From: Treponema sp.
GTDB taxonomy: Bacteria; Spirochaetota; Spirochaetia; Treponematales; Treponemataceae
Assembly (NCBI GenBank): GCA_045616325.1
Contig: JAZLGN010000039.1
Coordinates: forward strand, 11,596-75,595
Reading direction: 5' to 3'
DNA length: 64,000 bases
This document shows, in pieces, positions 57,841 through 64,000 of this stretch. A program made the position numbers and the translations under genes. Positions within the stretch are counted from its first letter, which is position 1, and each line of letters starts with the position of its first letter. The notes under the pieces were generated by a model. It did no database searches. It was given only the letters and a program-made list of their open reading frames with translations, and was not told the DNA's origin.

Positions 57841-58875
57841 TCATTCAACTCCTTTTTCCAGTGTGTTTATTATGGAAACAGTGGATTCAACAATGGCGTT
57901 TTTTTCGCTGTTCAGGAATTTTGTCGCATGGTCTTCTGCAGGCAAAAGTTTGGAATCAATGGATCCTGAGGCAAAGCGTATGTAGTTTGTCCTGATGAAG
58001 TGGGATTCAAGTTTTCCAAGGCATTCATCAATGGTGTCGCTGCAAAGGTTGCCGGTGATGTCCTCAATTTTATCTCGGATTTTCCTGTCAGTTGTGGAAG
58101 CAAAGGAAGTTCCAAATCTGAAGGTAAGGTACTGCCGCATGGCTTGCTGCCATTTTTCTGCAAAGATCTTGTCTTCCGTTTCCTTTTTCAGGAGGGAATT
58201 CAATGCAAACCTTGTCTTCATGGAATTCTTGTGGTAGCTGATCTTCTTCCTGAAATTCCTGAGCCAGCGCAGGATGACCGGAAGCTTTATGAGCACGATG
58301 AACAGGAGTGACAGGAGGCCTGTAGCAAGAAAAAGGAAAAGAAGAAGAACATAGTTTGTCTTTGGAAGAATCAGAGGTTCCTTTGGAGGCCTGAGGGTTG
58401 TGGTGTTAAGCTTTTCCGTCAATGACAGAATTGTCACGTTTTCCAGTGAAATGGGAAAGAGGTTTTCTTCTGCCGTCGTTTCCGGTTTTCCGCCGCGGGC
58501 CAGTATTTTTTCAAGGTAGAAGTTCTTGAATCTTATTGTTCCCGTAGTCCATGGAATGAAGGTTATGCACAGGTTGTAGTTTACGCCGTTACGGATGAGG
58601 ACTGCGCTCTTTAGGTAGCATTCCTGCGGGTTTTCAAGGAAGTCCTGGGTTTCTAGGTTCAGCTGTATGGTTTCGTCCTTTATGAGACTTTGGTCTGCAA
58701 AGGCAAAAATGTCAACCGGATTCCTGAAGGAAAACTGAATCTGTCCGGAGTCGCCGATGAATACGTCGCGTGGAACCATGACCTGCATGGACATTTCCTT
58801 TTCTGGAGATTCTGATTGTGAGAATGCAGAAATTGACAGGGCAAGAAGAAGGGCTGCAAGAAGATTTTTTTTCAT
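57841..58875 (-). CDS. Membrane protein of the MoxR/bat operon (BatD/DUF4381-like)
   Basis: Signal peptide, single TM helix, basic juxtamembrane region; between DUF58 and batA. Confidence 0.6.
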   Translation of the reverse strand: MKKNLLAALLLALSISAFSQSESPEKEMSMQVMVPRDVFIGDSGQIQFSFRNPVDIFAFADQSLIKDETIQLNLETQDFLENPQECYLKSAVLIRNGVNYNLCITFIPWTTGTIRFKNFYLEKILARGGKPETTAEENLFPISLENVTILSLTEKLNTTTLRPPKEPLILPKTNYVLLLFLFLATGLLSLLFIVLIKLPVILRWLRNFRKKISYHKNSMKTRFALNSLLKKETEDKIFAEKWQQAMRQYLTFRFGTSFASTTDRKIRDKIEDITGNLCSDTIDECLGKLESHFIRTNYIRFASGSIDSKLLPAEDHATKFLNSEKNAIVESTVSIINTLEKGVE

Positions 58876-59750
58876 CTTGAATACTGCTCCTTCCTGCTGA
58901 AAAAATTTATGAGGGCCTGGACTGGATCCTGGCTTGTGCTAATGGAAAGTGGAATTCCTCCGTGGCGAAGGCAGTCCCTAGTCCAGTTTTCCGTCCTCTT
59001 GTTAAAGTCGTCGCGCCAGACTTTCTGGAGTTTTTGTGCCGATGTTGGAAGAACGCATTCCCATCCGGTTTCCGGGTCGCGGAATGTTACGGCTCCAACT
59101 TCCGGAAGCTTGTCGTCCATGGGGTCGGTGATCCTAAGGGCTATGACGTCGTTCTTCTGGCAAAGGCGTGCAAAGGGAGTCTGCCAAAGGGAAGTCCTGA
59201 AATCCGATATTACAAAAACAAGGGTGCGTTTTTTCAGCAGCTTTTCGGCACCACGCAGGGCACTGTCCAGGGCTGAACCTGTTGCCTCGGAATCCGCAAT
59301 CCTGTCAAAGTGGGACAGGAGCAGTAGGGCCTGGTTTTTCCCTGCCTTTGGGGAACATGAAAATTCAATCTGGCCGTCAAAAATAACGGCACCTACGGGA
59401 CTTGCATTGTGGAGGGATGCCATGGTGATGAGGGATGCGCAGTCTGATGCTGTTTCTATTCTTGAATGGCGTCCAGAGCCTGTCCTCATGGAAAGGGATT
59501 TGTCTACGATGATGAAAATGTCCAGGTCTCTTTCTTCGTCAAAAACCTTTATGTAAGGCTTTCCCATTCGTGCCGTTACGTTCCAGTCTATGGATCTTAC
59601 GTCATCTCCCCGGAGGTATTCGCGGACTCCATTGAATTCAATTCCCTGGCCGCGGTAAAGGGACTTGAAGGTTCCGCTTTTCATTCCAGTGGCGAGGGAA
59701 AGTGATGACAGATGGAGCAGTGCTGCCCGGCGTGAAGTATTTTTCTTCAT
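58872..59750 (-). CDS. DUF58 protein
   Basis: GQGIEF..VREY..GDDVRSIDWNVTARMG, FVISDF. Confidence 0.95.
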   Translation of the reverse strand: MKKNTSRRAALLHLSSLSLATGMKSGTFKSLYRGQGIEFNGVREYLRGDDVRSIDWNVTARMGKPYIKVFDEERDLDIFIIVDKSLSMRTGSGRHSRIETASDCASLITMASLHNASPVGAVIFDGQIEFSCSPKAGKNQALLLLSHFDRIADSEATGSALDSALRGAEKLLKKRTLVFVISDFRTSLWQTPFARLCQKNDVIALRITDPMDDKLPEVGAVTFRDPETGWECVLPTSAQKLQKVWRDDFNKRTENWTRDCLRHGGIPLSISTSQDPVQALINFFSRKEQYSR

Positions 59751-59771
59751 TATGCGTCCTGAATGAAAATG

Positions 59772-60758
59772 TTACGGGAGCGGCATAAAGTCGATGATCT
59801 TTTCGATGAGATCGTCGGTTGTTACATTGTCTGCCGCAGCTTCATAGTTGAGGACAAGGCGGTGCCTGAGCACTGGTTTTGCTACGGCCTGAATGTCTTC
59901 TGCAAGGACGAAGCTCCTGTTTTCAAAAAGGGCGTGAACCTTGGCACACCTTAGGAGGGCGATTCCTGCACGAGGTGAAGCACCAAAGGAAATGTAGTGC
60001 TGGATGTCGTTCTTTCTTGAAGCCTGTCCGTTCTGTGTCCTTGTGGCGTTTATTATTGAAACAATGTATGCAAGCATCTTGTCATCGGCGGTAACGGCAT
60101 CAACTGCGCTTCGGCATTTTTGCAGGGCAAAGCTTGAGAATACTTTTGCCACCGGAATTTCTTCTGCTTTTCCTTCTGACTTTACAATCTGGATTTCTTC
60201 TTCTGGTGTGGGATATGGAACGATGAGCTTAAGTAGAAAGCGGTCAAGTTCTGCTTCCGGCAGGCTGTATGTTCCTTCCTGTTCGATGGGGTTCTGTGTT
60301 GCGAGAACAAAGAATGGTTCGTTGAGCTTGTATGTATTTTCCCCGATGGTCACCTGGTGTTCTGCCATGGCTTCAAGAAGTGCGGACTGAACCTTGGCTG
60401 GTGCACGGTTGATTTCATCTGCAAGAACGAGGTTTGAGAATACCGGTCCCTTGCGCACGTTGAACCTGCCTGTGGACTGTTCGTAGATGAGGGTTCCGCT
60501 TACGTCTGCCGGAAGAAGGTCCGGGGTAAACTGGATGCGCTTGCATTCAAGTCCTGATATTTCTGCAAAGGTCTTTACTGCAAGGGTTTTTGCAAGTCCA
60601 GGAACGCCTTCAAGAAGTACGTGACCGCCTGCAATAAGTGCCATTATGATTCCGTCAATGACTTCCTTCTGTCCAACAACGCGCTTTGCAACTTCGGTGC
60701 GGCAGTTTTTTATGTAGTTTGAGCATTCTTCAAGTTCTGTCTTTGTAACAACAAGCAT
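59772..60758 (-). CDS. moxR: MoxR-family AAA+ ATPase
   Basis: GVPGLAKT, RIQFTPDLLPAD, ADEINRAPAKVQSALLEAM, ATQNPIEQEGTY.LPEA.LDRF, GASPR. Confidence 0.97.
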   Translation of the reverse strand: MLVVTKTELEECSNYIKNCRTEVAKRVVGQKEVIDGIIMALIAGGHVLLEGVPGLAKTLAVKTFAEISGLECKRIQFTPDLLPADVSGTLIYEQSTGRFNVRKGPVFSNLVLADEINRAPAKVQSALLEAMAEHQVTIGENTYKLNEPFFVLATQNPIEQEGTYSLPEAELDRFLLKLIVPYPTPEEEIQIVKSEGKAEEIPVAKVFSSFALQKCRSAVDAVTADDKMLAYIVSIINATRTQNGQASRKNDIQHYISFGASPRAGIALLRCAKVHALFENRSFVLAEDIQAVAKPVLRHRLVLNYEAAADNVTTDDLIEKIIDFMPLP

Positions 60759-60863
60759 ATCATTCCCCTGTTTTTTTAATGATTTTCTTCTATATTAAAT
60801 TGGGTTTATCCTACCCATTATATTGATATTGGAACTGTTTTTCAAATGTAGGGCTGATGACCT

Positions 60864-61922
60864 TTATTCATCCTGGTAAACTTCGTTGTATGTGTGGAAT
60901 CCGGATTCGATGATGATGTCCTCCATGTTTTCCTTTTTTACGACCTTGGTGTCAAGCATGATGGCCGGTATCGGCGAGTCTCCGTTGTGGATGGTGCTGC
61001 CAGGGGCTACAAGGTTTTCGACCTTTTCACCGGAGGCAATCCTTACGGCATATTGGGCTGCTGTCTGGGCAAGAAGGGTGATGGGCTTGTAGATGGTAAA
61101 GTCCTGGTAGCCGCGCACGATGTTCTGGCAAGCTGCTATGTCTGCATCCTGGCCGCAGATTGGAATGTGCTTTCCGGGGCGGTAGATCTTGAGGACAGAA
61201 AGAACGCTGTCTGCAACGGCATCGTTCCCACAAATGATGGCATCGGGAATTTTTCCGCTTGTCATGATGTCGATCATTTTCTTTTTTGAAAGGTCATAGT
61301 CCCATCCTTCAGTAAAGAAAACTTCGCTGATGATTTTCTTGGGATTTACCAGGGCACTGTAGATTCCGTTCTGGATGAGGGTCATGTTGTAGTCTTCCTG
61401 GGGACCAAGCATAAGGAGCCAGTTTTTTGTTCCGGCGATTTTCTGCATTTCCTGGGCCATCATTTTTCCAACAAGGGTGGAGTTGATGGTTATGTAAAGG
61501 TCAACCTTTGTATTGCGGACGAGGCGGTCGTAGGAGATTACGGGAATGTTCTTTGAGCGGATCTTTTCTATTTCTTCCGTAAGGGATTCGGCGTTTTTTG
61601 GAAGAACCACGATGATGTCCACGTTCCTGTTTGCAAGATACATGAGCTGCCTTTTCTGTTCCTCGATGCTGTTTCCTGCATTCTGTACTATTACATCTGC
61701 ATCGTTGTCGCGAACGCTGGCCATGAAAACATCCAGGTCTCGCTGCCACCGTTCTATTGCAAGGGTGTCGATGGAAAAGCCTACCGTAAGCCTTTTTTCA
61801 GTTTCCTGCGGCTTTGGGGAAGAATATGGTGTCTTTGCCTTTTTCCGGCAGCCTGAAGTCATGAGGATCAGGGCAGTCGTGAACAGTACAGCGGTCAGTT
61901 TTGCAGCTTTGGTTCGGTTCAT
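60864..61922 (-). CDS. Sugar-binding periplasmic protein (XylF-like), probably a sensor partner
   Basis: ERWQRD, IPVISYDRL, GPQEDYN, NDAVA, GQDAD, TIYKPI; start trimmed to MNRTK. Confidence 0.88.
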   Translation of the reverse strand: MNRTKAAKLTAVLFTTALILMTSGCRKKAKTPYSSPKPQETEKRLTVGFSIDTLAIERWQRDLDVFMASVRDNDADVIVQNAGNSIEEQKRQLMYLANRNVDIIVVLPKNAESLTEEIEKIRSKNIPVISYDRLVRNTKVDLYITINSTLVGKMMAQEMQKIAGTKNWLLMLGPQEDYNMTLIQNGIYSALVNPKKIISEVFFTEGWDYDLSKKKMIDIMTSGKIPDAIICGNDAVADSVLSVLKIYRPGKHIPICGQDADIAACQNIVRGYQDFTIYKPITLLAQTAAQYAVRIASGEKVENLVAPGSTIHNGDSPIPAIMLDTKVVKKENMEDIIIESGFHTYNEVYQDE

Positions 61923-61923
61923 T

Positions 61924-63486
61924 TTAGACCTCCGAATTCCTGAAGTCAGAAGGTGAGATGCCAAACTTGTTCTTGAACAGTCGGCTGAAGTAGTTCTGGT
62001 CGTTGTATCCCGTCTGGCCAGTGATTTCCTTGATGGAAAGGTCCGTTTCAAGAAGCATCTGCTTGGCTTTTTCCAGTCTTCTGTCGGTTACGTAGTTGAT
62101 GAAGGTTTCTCCCGTTTCTTCCTTGAAGAGCTTGCTCAGGTAGAAGGAACTTACGCCTGCTGCCTGGGCTGCATCGTCCAGTGAAAAGTTGTTCCTCATG
62201 TTTTCTGCAACAAAGAGGCATGCTTTTTTTATGACAGGGTTTTCCTTGTGTTCCTTTTTTGAGGAGACTGCTGCAGAACATTCGCTCAGGCGGTCGCATA
62301 AAAAATCCCGGATTACGTTTATGTCATTGGTTTCCGAGAGAACTGAGAATGCCGTGTCAAAGCTGCTGCCCTCAAAGGTTTCGTTTATTGACCTGGTGAT
62401 GTTCCGGGCATTTACGAGGAGTTCAAAGACGCTGCTCTTGATCCTGTTGATTTCTATGTTTGCGTTGGTCTGTTCCTTGCAGAAAAGGTCCGACAGAAAC
62501 CTGACTCCTGCTGAATCTCCGATTTTGAGGCGGTTGAAAAGGCGTTCTGCAATTTCCGGAATCTTGTCCTGGCTGCCGGTTTTTTTTACGTTGTCTTCTG
62601 CAAAAAGGAGTTCGCCGTTGGGTGAAGTATTGTTGAGGGCAAAGAGGGCATCATTGTAGCAGACGGTCACGTTCTTGAGTTCGTCACTAAGGCGGCTGAT
62701 TCCTGTGCGTACTCCCTGGCCTATGTTCATGCTGAGGGTCATGTAGATGTTCTTTGCCATGGAATGGAATGTCTCAAGGATGTCGGAATCGGATTCAGAT
62801 TTGTCCACGCAGAAGAAAAGTACCAGGCGGTTTGCCATGAAGGAACCGATGATGCACTTGTATTTTTCCGTCATTAGGTTTCGTATCTTCGTAAGGGTTT
62901 CAAACTGGTTCTTGGAATCTACATGGGGAACTTCGATGCATGCAAAGAAAAAGTTTGTCACCTTCAGGTTGAAGTATTCAAGATAGCTTGAAAGGTCTTC
63001 CTTTTTTTCCGAATTGAAGATGCACGAATAGATGAAGTCGCTTTCTACCATTGGGGAAACTATGTCCAGCTTTTTCTGAAGTTCCGTGTCCTCGCTGTCC
63101 TTTCCGCGGCGGTCATCCACGGAGTTCATTGCGTTGCGGACAGTCTGGATTACGATGTTGCGGTTTACGGGCTTTGTAATGTACTTGTAGGCACCAAGGT
63201 TCATGGCTTCCTGGGCATACTGGAATTTGTCAAAGGCACTGAGCATTATGATGACGGTTTGGGGTTTTAAGTTCAGGATGCAGTTGATGGTTTCAAGTCC
63301 CGTCATTCCTGGCATGTTTATGTCCATGAATATGATGTCGATGTTCTCCTTGCTTACGATCTGAATTGCCTCGCTTCCGGAGAGGGCGGAAAAAAGATTT
63401 ACCTGACCTTCAAAATTCTTCTTGATGATAAACTGGAGTGAGTCGATTACAATCTGTTCGTCGTCGCAAGTTAAAATATTATACAT
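61924..63486 (-). CDS. YesN-type response regulator (REC plus AraC HTH)
   Basis: CDDE, FMDINMPG, YITKP; C-terminal YLSKLFKEETG...GYNDQNYFSRLFK. Confidence 0.95.
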   Translation of the reverse strand: MYNILTCDDEQIVIDSLQFIIKKNFEGQVNLFSALSGSEAIQIVSKENIDIIFMDINMPGMTGLETINCILNLKPQTVIIMLSAFDKFQYAQEAMNLGAYKYITKPVNRNIVIQTVRNAMNSVDDRRGKDSEDTELQKKLDIVSPMVESDFIYSCIFNSEKKEDLSSYLEYFNLKVTNFFFACIEVPHVDSKNQFETLTKIRNLMTEKYKCIIGSFMANRLVLFFCVDKSESDSDILETFHSMAKNIYMTLSMNIGQGVRTGISRLSDELKNVTVCYNDALFALNNTSPNGELLFAEDNVKKTGSQDKIPEIAERLFNRLKIGDSAGVRFLSDLFCKEQTNANIEINRIKSSVFELLVNARNITRSINETFEGSSFDTAFSVLSETNDINVIRDFLCDRLSECSAAVSSKKEHKENPVIKKACLFVAENMRNNFSLDDAAQAAGVSSFYLSKLFKEETGETFINYVTDRRLEKAKQMLLETDLSIKEITGQTGYNDQNYFSRLFKNKFGISPSDFRNSEV

Positions 63487-64000
63487 TTTCCGGTATCCTG
63501 ATTATGAAAGTTGTTCCCTGACCTTCAGGGTTTTCTGTTATGTCAAAAATATCGTCTCTGTGGAAGTAAAGCCTGAGCCGCGAGAAAACGTTTATGAGGC
63601 CGATTCCCGTATGGGTTTCATGGCCTGCTTTTTCCTGCTGGTCATGCACTGTCTGCTGCCTGCTGTCTGCACTTCCACGGCGGGCGCTCTCAAGAATCTG
63701 CTGTCTTGTTTCCCTGTTGAATCCGGTTCCGTTGTCGCTTACGCTGATGTTTACAAAACCGTCGGTTCGCCTTACGGAAAGGGTTACCTTGCCTTTTGCA
63801 TTCTGAAGCCCGTGCTGAATGCAGTTTTCCACCAGGGGCTGCAATGTCATGACAGGAAGTTTTTCTGAATAGAATTCTTCTTCAACGTTCTTCTCGAATT
63901 CCAGCCTCTGCCCGAACCTTACTTTCATGATGTAGACAAAGTTGTCCGTAAGCCCCAGTTCGTCGCTTATGGAAACATCCTGTTGCTGCTGCTGGATGTT
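63479..64000 (-). CDS. YesM/LytS-type sensor histidine kinase, C-terminal part (5' end beyond window)
   Basis: Frame open to the window edge: VSISDEL...YIMKVRF, LQPLVENCIQHG, SDNGTGF, GIGLINV..RL. Confidence 0.92.
   Translation of the reverse strand, partial: NIQQQQQDVSISDELGLTDNFVYIMKVRFGQRLEFEKNVEEEFYSEKLPVMTLQPLVENCIQHGLQNAKGKVTLSVRRTDGFVNISVSDNGTGFNRETRQQILESARRGSADSRQQTVHDQQEKAGHETHTGIGLINVFSRLRLYFHRDDIFDITENPEGQGTTFIIRIPENV

Noticed and set aside
1-64000. Mobile elements, prophage, defence island, frameshifted or split genes
   Set aside because: No transposase, integrase, phage, cas or restriction-modification motifs among the ORFs; the recognised genes look full length and no foreign-composition block is evident.

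Overview
This window comes from a Treponema-type spirochaete chromosome (rumen/gut-type is an inference). The evidence is a FlaB flagellin with a sigma28 promoter, the [10 protein letters not shown] rifampicin-resistance signature in RpoB, and an r-protein gene order lacking fusA, adk, map, infA and rpsD in their usual slots. In order it contains: a membrane-anchored double Zn-ribbon protein, a BMP-family nucleoside ABC transporter, flaB, an AraC regulator, slyD plus a NifU-domain gene, a CPA2-CBS antiporter and cysE. Next is an unbroken ~28 kb transcription/translation cluster (tRNA-Thr, rpmG, tRNA-Trp, secE, nusG, rplKAJL, rpoBC, rpsLG, tuf, S10/spc/alpha genes). After it come a liv ABC operon, a CBS-ACT gene, tRNA-Ala, a flavin-reductase-like gene, DJ-1, an atypical regulator/hybrid kinase/PHP operon, dksA, infA, a DnaJ-domain gene, smr, a moxR-bat operon and part of a YesMN-type sensor system. 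No transposase, integrase, prophage or CRISPR array was seen. The best leads for undescribed biology are: (1) a ~460-nt noncoding tuf leader, in the slot normally held by fusA, that folds into an ornate multi-domain RNA; (2) a basic 80-aa CxxC-20-CxxC protein ending the r-protein superoperon, a candidate unrecognised ribosomal protein; (3) helically phased GAATTC/AATT arrays in the same register upstream of two sigma70 promoters; (4) a ~65-aa insertion in RpoC; (5) a CDS starting 2 nt after a tRNA 3' end, plus several leaderless-looking genes; (6) two families of intergenic palindromic repeats. All structure and function calls were made by eye, without searches or folding software.
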